Assembly (NCBI GenBank): GCA_037379345.1
Contig: CM074517.1
Coordinates: 40,537,691-40,601,690, forward strand
Direction of reading: 5' to 3'
Length of the DNA stretch: 64,000 bases
Source: Perna viridis
Taxonomy: Eukaryota
Position numbers and translations under genes: made by a program
The notes under the pieces: model-generated
Database searches by the model: none
The model's input: the letters and a program-made list of their open reading frames with translations, nothing else
Told to the model about the DNA's origin: nothing
Shown here: positions 35,857 through 49,488 of the stretch, piece by piece
Layout: the number at the start of each line of letters is the position of its first letter
Position numbering within the stretch: the first letter of the stretch is position 1

Positions 35857-38231
35857 GGGGTTAAGTTTAGACATGTTTTGCTGTATATTTTTCCCTTTAA
35901 AAATAGATTTTGATTTAGATTTGGTTTTAAGATCATGTTTGCAGACTTGCAATACATTTTGCTTAACCCCTGAAACATGGGAGAGTAAGGCACAAGTATA
36001 TGTAGTAGACTAGAAATTTCCTTGAGACTCCATGAATTACATTCACATCATTTGTTGTTCCTCATTATAGTGATTTTTTTTTATCTAATCATTATGCACA
36101 GCACAGGCTACTTAAGAAAACCATGAAAAAACTGACTTCTATTTCAGAAACAACAATAGGGACAGGTGGGGAGGGGTCAGGGAGAAGTGAAGAAAAGTTT
36201 ATTGTATGTATAGCCACCATTCAAAAACTTTTTTTTAATTAAACATAATATATGATATTACATACATGTACATTTTTACCTGCAATAAGCAAGTGTTTCT
36301 TTAGATGTTAATTTTCTTTTATGGAGATAAATATTACTTTTTCTTTAAGCCATGGTTTCAAGTACATACAAATTGATACAAAATGTGAAATCTGCACCTG
36401 TAACAACTTTTTCCCATACCCAAATACTATATAGTAGATTTCATCATAAGGGTGCAACACAACTCAAATCTTGGACAACTCAGACCAGGACCACTCGAAC
36501 TGATAAAAAAGACAGCTCAGGCTGTCAAAAAAAAAATAAAGAGCTTTGTTGAATGCAGCAATCCAACTCTGTTAACTTATAGCAGTGTGGACACAATATT
36601 AGTTCTTGACACACTTAATATATAGGTACTACATGTACAAGATTTTTCCAGAATTATGAAAGCTCCGCTCTATTCACTTTCAGTGAGAAAATGGGGACCA
36701 TCTTCATGGTATATATTTTTAATAGTATTTGCACATTTCATAAGAAATTCCAGTATCATCTGTTATTTACATCACTTTGTAACGACCTTCAATAAAACTC
36801 ATAAGTACATTGCATATGAATAAAGCACAATATTTTTTTCGCACTATCATGCTGGCATGTTTCCAGACAATCTTAATAGCATACCTGAGATTTAATTCAA
36901 ATAGAAACTCACCAGCCTTTTAAAATCATCAAAAATAGAAATCCTCATATATTCTTATACTTAATTAGGGACAGATATTCTCAGCTACATCGACACAGAG
37001 GCCGCCAAATAATTTCCAAGGCAAAAATTAGTTCCCACGTTATGCTAAAAATAACAGCCCAGTATTAATTTACAATATTGGACATGCAGTATTGGCAGAA
37101 AATGCATCCTTTGCAGGATAAATGTCTCTTTTTTTTTTTTTTTTACAATTTTCACGTTATATTTGTCAATCTTTAATACCACATGCTAATGTCTCAACCG
37201 CTGTTATATTGTGCCGACGGCTTGGAATAAAGCTGGACAAATCAATTGGTATTGATTTCGGCGATTGGATTAAGAATTTTCACATGTCCTCTGGACTCCC
37301 TTGTGATTTTCTGGGGTCCCAAATGAATTTTGGAGGTCAGTGACCTGGGAGCTCGGATACTAAAGTCCATATTGTGGGCGAAGATCAATGTGATTAACTT
37401 GACCGTGCTGGGTGATTTTTCATCCAGGTCAGTGTTTCTCTGTACATAATTAACAACTGGAATAAACATGTCCCTGCTGGGTGGGTGTAACACTCACATT
37501 TCACTGTGAAAAAATCCAACAAACACCATGTTTCACCGACTAACACGGATTTAAAGCTCCAACTCGAGTGTTAGAGGAACACAAGTCGCTGAGTGTAGTG
37601 TAGATATAAACTGCCATAACATGCACCTGTTTTACAATGTACATGCATATTGGCTTTCAAATAAGTTATATTTCGTATTGGTCTCTGAGGAGTTCATTGA
37701 TAGCATAAATGATATTTACAAGATCATAAATATTGCCAATATGCAACTACAAAATATAGTGACACTGGGGTAGTGACCAAATTTCCCACATTTGGTTTAC
37801 ACTCAAGTCTGATGAACAAAAATGAATAATAAATAACTTATTAGTCATTTTGATACAAAATTGACAAGTAGTAAAGGAATTTTAACCAGCATTTGAACTT
37901 CATATGCATTCAGGGGTCACCATTTACTTCATGTGCATGATTAGTATATTTGGTGAACAAGCTGATTGTTTACACAAAATCTAACACCTGCTGAGAGTTG
38001 TAATTAGCATCAGGTAATAAAATTGTCACTCTCGCCACTTGAACCAATGTTTGGCTTATAGCTCTTAATGTTTTTTTTCTGTACTTTTCAAAGATTTCAG
38101 GTGACAAAATGAGACTGGATTATTTTTGTCATTCTGATTAGTCTTTTGTCAATGACATGATAAGTAGAAGTAAAATTACTGTCATCTTTAGTTCTAGGTT
38201 TTCTCTCGCAGAATAATAACTTGTAGACGAA

Positions 38232-38870
38232 TACTCCTACAACGTAAGAGGTTGGAATTCCGTTCCTCTATACCCCAACCTTTACTTCTGAGTGCCATAT
38301 TGCATAACGCTCATTCTGACATTCTTTGAAATTGGCAGAATTATAGCAAATTACTTATCATTTAAAACGTTTTATACAGTTTCTTTACCATAACACAGGA
38401 GAAGGGGACTAAACTGAATAAAAACAAATGACCTATTCATGAGAAAATCCAGCAATCCTGGAAATCCTTTTTCAGTGTGTAATTCCAGTTGATAAAATTA
38501 CAGATTTCAAAATTTGTGAAACAAACATATCAAATTAACCAACGAATTGCCTATACCAACTTTAAGTTCATTTTGTCAAAAATATATTGTATTCCATAAA
38601 ATTAGTGACCTAATTCAAAATTGCAGGTCATTTTGACAACTGTCTTCATTACATATGTTTTCTAGGTATTTAACAAATACATAGGATTTTTATCGTTCGA
38701 TTTCTGGTAGGTTCAACTTCTTTTATGTGAATAAAAGACCTTAAGTATTTTAAAACACACGTTTAGCTAATTAACATTTGCGGTGGATTTCAACATGTCA
38801 GATGCTAGATGTTATGATGGCCCCAAATCAGAAAATAGCTTGCCAGACAACCTCTAGCATTGCTTGAATA
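38232..38870 (+). mobile_element. Non-autonomous TIR element with 9-bp TSD (MULE-like), copy 1
   Basis: Imperfect TIR TACTCCnnCAAnGnnAGAGGTTG; flanks gtagacgaa / gtagatgaa; highly similar to 39831-40502. Confidence 0.75.
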
Positions 38871-39149
38871 GTAGATGAATGAACTTATTTGTTGGTTTGG
38901 TTATAACTTCTTCATTACATGTGAAACCTGCAGCCTATAAACTAAACTTGGCCTTCCTTATGTTTAAATATTTCAAAATATCAGATTTAATTTCTAGGGC
39001 TACACAACTTGACTTGAGGTGTATTTAGGAGAGTTCAAGTACGTGGTTTTTATATGATTGTTGACGGTTCGCATTCAGTAATAGAGGAAGCTATTTTATC
39101 TAATTATACAGGCCGACGGGGATCTAATATTAGAACAGTGGTAACTTTA

Positions 39150-39530
39150 AGATGTTACCCTTAAACCAGAAAAGGTAAAAATTCTGAGACTCCAAGGACC
39201 GAGTCGAAATACGACGTAAAACATAAAGGGTAAAATAACCTGTCTACCAGCCAAATCTCTTCACCTTTCCACTTCCGGTAGTCTTTTGTTCTGCAGTGAC
39301 GAATATTAAAAAAAACACACAAAATATCATTGAGTATTATTCTATTCATAATGGAAAGAATGAAACAAAATAAAACAAAGATAATGAGCTGCACAGGGAG
39401 TCATACTTTTTTTCTGATGGAACATTTATTCTGTGCTGAGCAGATGTGCATGTGGTCCAACCGAAGACCGAAATGGCGGGAACAATATATAGCTATTAGT
39501 TTTATTTTTACAAAGCCACACATTAGGTAA
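39150..39530. promoter_or_regulatory. Probable bidirectional promoter or first non-coding exons of CSNK2B and POLE3
   Basis: Locally CpG-rich patch between divergent genes; ETS motif ACTTCCGG at about 39271; YY1-like AAATGGCG at about 39471; + strand donor TAG|GTAATG at 39526/39527; minus-strand donor candidate at about 39158. Confidence 0.55.
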
Positions 39531-39830
39531 TGATTTATCATTTTCATCAAATCCAAGCTAGAAAATATAGTGGTCAGTATTTTTGTTCCATTTTTATTAA
39601 AACGTAACGGACCTGGGTCACCCAAATGTGTAACTGGTTACTCAGTTAATTTACAACAATACAATGCATTAAAACAAGGATTAAGAAAAAAAAACCAAAC
39701 AAACAAACAAAAAACAAAACAAAAACTATAAAAACAGTAAAATCATTTTGTTTTGTAATATTGTAATGTAGCAGTGACTTTCTCTCACAGCAGTTGGATA
39801 ACTAGAACTCACTTGGTTAACTCTCCTTAC

Positions 39831-40502
39831 TACTCCTACAACGTAAGTGGTTGGAATTCCGTTCCTCCATACCCCAACCTCTTATATTGCATAACGCTCG
39901 TTCCGCCATTCCTCGAAATTGGCTGAATTACAGTAAACTATTTTCCATTTAAAAGGTTTTATACAGTTTCTTGACAATTACATGGGAGAAGGTGACTAAA
40001 CTAAAGAAAAATCAATGACCTACCTGATGAGAAAATCCAGCAATCCTGGAATTCCTTTGTAAAAGCAGTTAAAAGGAACTTCATATTTGGTTTTTAGCCT
40101 TTTGAGTGTGTAATTCCGGTTGATAAAATTATGGATTTTAAAATTTGGGAAACGAACATATCAAATTAACCAACGAATTGCCTTTACCAACTTTAAGTTC
40201 ATTTTGTCAAAAATATATTGTATTCCATAAAATTAGTGACCTAATTCAAAATTGCAGGTCATTTTGACAACCGTCTTCATTACATATGTTTTTCTAGGTA
40301 TTAAACAAATACATAGGATTTTTATCGTTCAATTTCTGGTAGGTTCAACTTCTTGTATGTGAATAAAAGACCTTAAGTATTTTAAAACACACGTTTAGCT
40401 AATTAACATTTGCGGTGGATTTCAACATGTCAGATGCTAGATGTTATGATGGCACCAAGTCAGAAAATAGCTTGCCAGACAACCTCTGGCATTGCTGGAG
40501 TA
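39831..40502 (+). mobile_element. Non-autonomous TIR element with 10-bp TSD (MULE-like), copy 2
   Basis: TACTCC...GGAGTA ends; perfect TSD ctctccttac at 39821-39830 and 40503-40512. Confidence 0.8.
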
Positions 40503-42775
40503 CTCTCCTTACTAGCTTACAGTGCCAGAGCTAGTACTGTTGTGAATCATGTATTGAAATCTACACGGCGACACTTGCCTCACCTCAAGACTCATATTCT
40601 TTATATCCACCACCAAATGGTGACTTACTTGTACTTACCACTGTCACTATTTGTGTGGGAGCCCAAAAGTATCCAAATTTTTAAAGGCAAATTATTAAAA
40701 ACAATTTTTAATCCATGATTCAAGTAAGTAGTGAATCAGATTTGTTTTGCTATAAAGTAACCTGAAACGAACAATTTGATTAATTTGAAGGCCACTGAAA
40801 TGTTTTGTTTTTTGTTTTGGTGCTGAGGACTATTTCATGTGAAAACCTACATAGACATTTACAAATGTTAGAAGGTACACATACAGATGCATACGATAAC
40901 CCTTGGCTACCACTGTACACTTACTATTCTTTAATATACCATCAAGTTTTTTCAGTTAGTGTTTAATGCAAGATGCATTCTGCAACTGTATCAGACAGGA
41001 ATCATAGAGAAGAATTTGTGTGCGTGTTCATTTAGAGTATGTATTCCCCATGCAGTTTTTGGTGGTTGTAAAAAAAGTGTCTTTTAGTGCAATCATTATG
41101 TTTCAGAGCTGTTTGGTCAGACATTTCTGGTACATGCCATTGACACATTTATTCTCCAAATGCTGTAATGTCGAAGTTATGCTTTTAATGGACACTTGAT
41201 TTTCAGAAATGCTGTACCAAATACATGTATCTGTTTAGGGAAATTTGTATGTGTTCTGTAGTAAACAGTGACTCTCCCCATGTTTATTGTTTTGATTAGG
41301 CACGTTGCTTACTGAATTGCTCGTAAGATAACTTTTAAATATAAGATAGCACATCTATGAAACCAGTTCCTTTCTTTATTAAATCTTAAGGTTCTAGAAA
41401 CAGAGGACGCTTACCCTACCAGTGCACCTGGTCCATGCTCCCAGTTTTTAGTGGAGTCTGAGTTGCTAATTTACTTTTGTTACTTTATATGTATTATTTT
41501 AGTTACTTTATGTTCTCTGTCATGTTTGTCTGTTTTCCATGTCTGGTCTTTGTCCCTGGATTAAAGTCTTTTGATTTTTGCTAGGATCTTTGTTCCCTTA
41601 ATTACTCTTTGTTTCCAAGTATGGTACTGCTTTTCTAATTCATGGGTATGATTTCACATGTTTTTAGTATTTAAAGCTATCTTCAGTCATTATTTACATG
41701 TAGAAACTTTTTACTCTTTGGTTTCTCCAATTATGCTTTACTGCTGTGACATTTGGGGAAATGAATTACTTCTAAAGAATACATCAAATCACCTTGAAAA
41801 ATTCCATACTAAATTTATTAAAGAACTACTTTGAGTTAACTGTAAATCTTGCAACTATGCTTGTCATGCAGAGCTATGTAGATTGCCCCTGCCATGTAAA
41901 ATTAATTTTTCAATCTTTGGATTTCTAAATCACATTCATTCCAGTAATACTCTTTTATACCAAAATCTTTATATTACAAAGGATTCAAACACTTGGACAA
42001 CTAATACCAAAAGGTCACTAGATACCTTGGGCTTTGGCTATTTAATGAATAACCCAAGTGCACTAAAAATAAAGTTACCAATGATTAAACAAAGAATATC
42101 AGGTCAATATTTACAAGAACAAAAGTCATACATGTATATCAGTAATTTTTCAAAATGATCTTTTTATAGGAAACTTAATAGGTCTGGAACTAGACCAAAT
42201 TATATAGATGATTTGTCTAAACTGGCTGCGAGATCCATGATATCCAAAAAAAAAAAAGAATTAGCTCTCATCAGCTTATGATTGAGAGAGGAAGACACCT
42301 CATTATTCCAAAAGACAATAGAATATGCCCCGTATGCCATATTAACATTGATGACGAATAACATTTCTTATTTGAGTGTGATCTATACAACACACTAAGA
42401 GATGAACTAAAACTGAAAATTTCTTTTTGATATGAAAACTTTGATACGTTTAATATTATAAAAAACTAAGTATATTGTTTAACAGTAAAAATCCTAAATT
42501 ACTGAGGTTGTCTTCCAATTTCATATCAGATTGCATGGAAAAAAGAAAAAGTCTTATCAATTGATATATAAATTGTATTTTCATAACCGTTTATAACTTC
42601 AATTCAGTAAGCTACATTTGTAACTACTATACATTATATACATGTATAACACATGTTCAATATGTTCATTTCATGTAATTTTAAGATTGGCCAAAACCAC
42701 TTACTGTAATTGTGTTAGAGCTAAATGAAATATTTGTATTTGTATTTGTACTGTGTTCTTCCGTGAGAGAGACCC

Positions 42776-43009
42776 TGTTTTGTTGACATTTTGAATCATA
42801 ATACATGTGAGGCGAGAGTAGGCAGAGCTTGTTGCTTTTCAAACAGAACAGAGCAGAAGCAATTTTTTTAAACCAGGAATCTAACAGAATATTTCACAAT
42901 TCTGCTGAAAAATTATGTGTCCACTACCTTTCCGTTCCAAAAGTAACAAGCTCCACCTACTCTCGCCTCACATGTACAATGCATTAGGATTCAAAATGTC
43001 AACAAAACA
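42776..43009. repeat. Inverted repeat (arms about 75 bp), probable fold-back MITE
   Basis: tgttttgttgacattttgaatc..catgtgaggcgagagtagg / cctactctcgcctcacatg..gattcaaaatgtcaacaaaaca. Confidence 0.85.
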
Positions 43010-43330
43010 TGATCTTATATGGAAAATGATCAAAACTTCAATAAAAAATGTAATTTTTGTAGCAAATATTGTATCAGGAAAATGATTCTGGAATTGAATT
43101 AGGTAGGTGTGACATGCACAATTTCAACTTGAAAGTCGTAACAAGTGGTTGAAGGGCAGTTCTTTGCGGTACCGCTGAATCACCAACTTTTTGTATGGTA
43201 CATTGTTCTGACCCCATCCCAACATATTAATATCCAATTAAAAAAGGGAAGGGTTGCAGGGTCAGAGGAAATTCAGACTGGGCCCCTATATACTCAAGTA
43301 ATATACTTTCAGGTTGATACATAATTGAAA

Positions 43331-46300
43331 ATGGCAGAACGTCCAGAAGATTTGAATCTACCAAATGCTGTTGTTACCAGAATTATAAAAGATGCTGTAA
43401 GTAATAATTTAAATCTTAGGGACTCCTAGTAGAATTTAGTGTTGCAGCTTAAATGTTAAAAAGATAATTTATTTGTAATACTTGTAGTCTTGTGCCACAT
43501 TCTGGACTTTCTTGTTTACTGTATTCATTGAAGTTATTTCCTTTCTTTTTCATTGTGTGGTCTCTAAAGAATTAAATGTATACATGTATCTGATTTTTGT
43601 TTATTAAATACTATGAACAGTGTTAAGCAGTAAATGTTTAAGTTCAAATGTTCAATCTGAAACAATAAGACGTTCAAATTTAGCTATTCACTATAGCCTA
43701 TAACCACTACAGAAGTTGATTGACTGTCAGTCTGAAACAATAAGACACATTCAAATTTAGCTATTCTAGTTTAAATTTGGACAAGTTCATCTTCAGGAAA
43801 ATTGGTGTCCACATGATAACCAGATAGACAAGCTCTCTGAGAGGAAACACCTACATGTACAGTAGAAAATGTCCTCTCACTTGCTACAGAAGTAGCCTGA
43901 ACTGCAAGAGACATATTTTTAACAATTTTTGATGTCGGAGGGAATTTTGCTTCTTTAGCTTTCAGCCATAAAAGAGGATCAGAGATAATTTTAGTATTTC
44001 GTTGGTTTCTGTATGTGTTGAATTTGGGCATCAACACTTTCAAATCAGGATAGAATCTTTGTTCCCTTGATTACTTTTTTCCAGGTTTGGTAATAAAAAT
44101 GTCCTTTCCATTCATGTCCAGGAAGCCAAAATGTTTCCATACTGCTGATCGGAATGACGAAAGAGGGTCAACTAACTTTTGTCGATCCTGTAATCCCCCT
44201 TTAGCTTTGACAACTTCAGCGGTATCCAATGGAACAGCCATTGTTTCCTTAACGACGAAACAAATTTAAAATGTTAATTTCCAGAACTTCCTGGATAAAA
44301 CCTGACCCAAAATATGAATCTAAAGTACAGAAAATCGAACTGGACAGAAAAAAATCACAGTTTACCGAATCTTCGATGAATCGTTTCACCTCTGACCGTC
44401 AACCAAAATTTTAATTTCTCCACTCTTCACAGTTAATTCATGCTCTTCACTTGGACTCCACCGCAATAAAAACTAGGATACAATTCCTCCATTTCTATAC
44501 TTTTCAATATTTATATCTGTCCATTACATTTTTTGTTATTAAAGTGCTAGAACCATGAAATAAACATAATGTTTCATCTGTTACCAAACTAGATGAAGAA
44601 AACATCCAAGCATCGAAAAATTGAAAGACCCCCTGGAGAAGATATGGAGGAAAATACAACCACAAACACAACCACTCCCACATCAATAACCGCAACTATA
44701 CAGGAGAAAAATCTTGCCTTTTTTTAGGACATTATGGAAACTAAATAATAAATTAGAAGTCAAAACCACCTAGAATACCTCACAAGATGTAAAGACATTG
44801 ATACAGTTCCTAAAACCCTATGATGTAACATCAAACCGCAGGTCCCAGACACCAACTCGTGTTTTTTTTTTTAATTAAATGGGAAAGAGCTTAAATCAAA
44901 TTTGGTCAAGAATTAGTCAACCTTTTAAAAGAATACTGGTTTGAAAGACGTAACACAATTAAAGAACAGATAACAGAAATGGAAAAAAGAACCTCATCAA
45001 ACTGCCCTCTGAGGAAGAAATGAACCACATCCAGCAACTCATGCTGAGTTTCAATTGACAAAGAAATAAAAAATATGGCCACAAGAAAATCACAATAATT
45101 CCTCACATATATATTCATGATATGGCCACACTCTCGCGAGGCGCCACATGCCTTCAAAATAAGCCTGAAACTGTACCATTAATCAATCCAATTCACCCTG
45201 GAAACAAGCGACACTGAAATTAATTTTCTCGACACGATTATAAAAATTGACAGTGGCAACCTCATCACAAGCCTGTACACTAACACAACATAACTTCAAC
45301 TACAGATTAAGTACAATTAGTTGAAAATCTAAAGAAATATTCAGACTAATCGGTTTAGTAGACTATAGTGAACAGAATTACTCAACCACTGAAAATCCAA
45401 GAAGATACTCAGACTATGCCCAATTAGAACATTACAGGGACAATACGCCATTAATCCCTAGCTCAGATGAAAGTATTGCCACTATATGCGTCATTGAACC
45501 TGAAGCTCCAAAGGAATGCAGCACCAACACCATCTATGGAATATTCAAAACCACATGATAACTCTTGTTTAATTATTTTATTCTTATTATGAACAGTAAT
45601 TTACATACATTTGTACATTTCATTCCAATTTCAATCTCAGCCAGTCTATAATGTCACAGTAAATAAACTGTAAACATTGTACTTCAATGAACTAAATTTG
45701 TATAAATGTCCTGACAATTCCACAGTAAGTGGTGAAACATATCGACATAATAAAATAATTTCCTTGCAGTAACTATGATGTTGTCTTTTTATTGTTTATA
45801 GATGTACCTTGGTATAAAAACATGATTAGTTAACTACAGACAATCTTTGAAATGATGACTCCACTGCAGGGAATGGAGACACTGCGACTCCACTCATAAT
45901 ATCTCCATTGTGGAATGTGGAGAAATTAAGTGTTGACAGGAGTGATGTAGTTCAGTTTATGTAAATTAATATGTATATAAAGACCGCCTGTCTTATTTGA
46001 CCAGAAATTTGCTCTCTGGGATAAGCTTGGGAATTTAAAGCTGGTAGCTTGTGATCTGTTAAACAAAATTTTACCTAAAAGTTTGGTAGCCCATCTTAAA
46101 GTCAAGTAGTCATAGATTATAAAAGCATTAATGGGTAAAAAACAAGTACATGTATATATGTGGTATACACTATTACGCATACATGTAGCTGTTAATGTTA
46201 CCCTACCATTGCACATGGTCCATGCTCCTAGTTTTTAGTGGAGTTGGGAGTTGCTCATTTACTTATGTTTTTTTTGTACATCATGTACACATGTTATTTT

Positions 46301-49300
46301 GTGTTCTTTGTTGTGTGTATCTATTTCCCTTGTCTATCCTTGGATTATGTTCTTATTTATCAGTTTAAATTTTGGTTACCTTGATTTCCCTTGGCAGATC
46401 CTTTGTAGATCTAAGAACTTTGACATTAAATTATGCTCTATGGATTGCCAATCTTTATGTAGTACCTGTGTTAAAGGTCTCAAATTCAGGGATTTGCAAA
46501 TCATTTTCATAATACATGTATCTGAAGTAGCATAAACAGGTGTTAAGAAAAAATAGAAAATAACACAGCACTATAATGACATAAGTAATTTTATGCATGA
46601 GGCTATAAAAAGTGGAAAAATGTTGTGCTAAATTTGTATATTATTATCAAAGCATTTAAGTAAGCGTGCTGTTATTGTACAGACATGATTTTGGCTTTTT
46701 AGCGGAATTCCGCAATTTCAAATCTGGATTTTACTGTTACGATTCTTTTTTACTGTATATTCATTTCCGATTCTGCCAATTTCCACTTTGTTTGTAGACC
46801 TCGTAAAGTCATCTCTGATTGTAGATTTAGTGCAACAAAGAATTAAAAAAGAAAGAATGTTTATGGAATAAAAAAAAGACCATCATTTTTTATAAGCTCA
46901 CCTGGCCAAAGGCCAAGTGAGCGTATGCCATCACTGGGCGTCTGTCGTCGTCGTCATTGTGGACAAATTTTAAAAAATCTTCTCTCTGAAACTACTGGAC
47001 TGACAGGTTTTAAACTGGCATGATTGTTCCTTAGGGTGTCCTGCACAAAATGATCATTGGGATTTTTGATCCATGAAAAAACATGGCCGCTGTTACTAAA
47101 AATAGAACATGGGAGACAGAAGGCAGATTTCAAAAACCGTTGCCTTTAGCAAATTTCTGCTTAGTAGTAATGTTCAGCATCATGAGACGGACCTATGCCA
47201 CGATTTTCAAAACGATTGTTCAACTGATGTAGGAGTTACGGCCCCTGAAACAGTTTTTTTTTGCATTTTTCACATGTGCATCTTTGAAAATATTCCTCTC
47301 AAAATCCATAGCACAGAATTCAATGTAAATTGGAATTTATTTTCCTTAGGATATCCCACGCAAAATGACTTTTGGGATTGTTGATTCATGAAAAAACATG
47401 GCTGCTGTTACTAAAAATAGAACGTAGGAGTTAGATGGCAGTTTTTTGCAAATAACTCGTTGCCTTTAGCAAATTTCTTTATGGGTAATATTGTTCAGCA
47501 TCATGAGATGGACCTATGCCAAAATTTTCAAAACGATTGGTCAACTGATGTAGGAGTTACGGCCCCTGAAACAGTTTTTTTTTGCATTTTTCGCATGTGC
47601 CACTTTGAAAATCTTCTTAAAATCCATAGCACAGAATTCAATGAAAGTTGGCATTTATGCTCTTTAGGGTATCCCACACCTAATGAATGTTGGTATCGTT
47701 GATTCATGAAAAAACATGGCTGCCATTACTAAAAATAGAACATAGGGGTCAGATGGGAGTTTCTGGAAATAACTCAAAAACTGTTGCCTTTAGCAAATTT
47801 CTGGCAAGGGTAATAAGGGTAAAATTATTACGCATCATGAGAAATTGACCAAAACCATTCATTGACTAATGTAGGAGTTACGACCCCGGAAACAAGTTTT
47901 TTTGTTGTTTTTTTTTTTTTGCATATACAACTTTGAAAATCTTCTCTGAAACCATTTAAGATCATTGAATGAAAATAAGCATAATAGTTCTTAAGTGTAT
48001 TGTGCTCAAAATGACTTAATTTTAATCCATGAATAGATATGGCTGCCTATACTAAAAATGGAACTTAGGGGTCATAAGAGGGGTCAAAAATTGTTGCCTT
48101 TAGCAAAATTCTGGTTCAGGTCATGAAAATGCTATGAAAAGCATTTCTTGCATTTGACAATTTAGTTGATTTTAACTTAGCCTGTCTCATTCCTCAAGTT
48201 TTTCAAATAAGCAAATGGTTAACCAGGTGAGCGATTCAGGCTCTCTTGAGCCTCTAGTTTGAACTGTTTGATGCATGCACAATCCTGCCAAAAGACATAT
48301 GTTAAGGACTTAAAAAATAAATTGTGAAAAATATGTGTAAAAATATCATGGTAAACATTCTTTCCAATTGGTTTCTTGATTGGAAGACATATGTACATAT
48401 ATTTCATATGATTTCAGAAAGATATACTTTTAAATGTTTTTACAATAAAAAAAAATATATATATTTTAAAACCTGAGTCTGATGAGGTACACAGTGTACA
48501 CTTATGCAATATTTTCTATGTATCTTCAAGCTCCATGCAACCCGTGCAGGTCAATCAATCAATCAAGCACCACACAGTGGCAGACGTTCGTTTCCTCTCT
48601 TAATAACCACTGCAGACAGACCTTTAAAAATTCTGTGTTATTCAAATCCTACATCATTTTGACAATGGGAGAACATAGTGGAAAATCATTTACTTTTTCC
48701 CAGCTTTGCAAGATTCTTGCATTTTCTGAGAGGGCTGGCTTCTATAGTGAATTTCGAACGTCAGACGCTATTCAAAGCCGCAATTTTATACCCTCACTCA
48801 ATATGTGGTTGGTATATTAGAATCAGACATTATGTCCATAAATTTTTTGGTGACAAAAATTTTGGCTCCCACAGGACAGATTGGTTTCAAATTTGGTATA
48901 ATATATGGCTTTATATTATTTAGATAGTTCACACATTGTATGCAGTTTGATTACTGTCTGATATCAACCTCCTGTTATGGAGACTTTTCCATTTTTCACT
49001 GTAATGAATAATATAGAAATTTTAGTCACAAAAACCTAACTTTCTAGTGGGATTTATTGATTTCAAATTTGTTATTCTTCTCTGTTTCACTGTTACTTTT
49101 TTTTTCCTTCAGATTCCAGAAGGTGTAAATATTTCAAAAGAAGCTCGTCTAGCTATATCTAAAGCAGCCAGTGTGTTTGTGTTGTATGCAACATCATGGT
49201 ACGTATGTACACGTCTTGTATATCATTTTGCTGACCTGATTAAATTATATAAGGTTTTTTTATGGGGTTTCTGACAGATTACCTGTGTATTTTAATTTTT

Positions 49301-49398
49301 TGTTATGTTTTGCCCTTGTCAGTGTTCTCGAAAGTCTTTTTGCCCATAGTTTCTTTTCCTCATCATCCCCCTTTTTATTGGCATAATTTTTGTCTTTC

Positions 49399-49488
<90 letters not shown>

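Noticed and set aside
37122-37493. ORFs in a GC-richer patch upstream of the CSNK2B start
   Set aside because: No recognisable domain or supported splice partners; probably a repeat or regulatory sequence.
38232-40502. LTR retrotransposon or segmental duplication
   Set aside because: Each repeat has its own TIRs and its own TSD; there are no TG..CA ends, PBS or gag/pol sequence.
47109-47702. Two similar ORFs resembling duplicated genes
   Set aside because: They are internal tandem units of a Helentron-type non-autonomous element.
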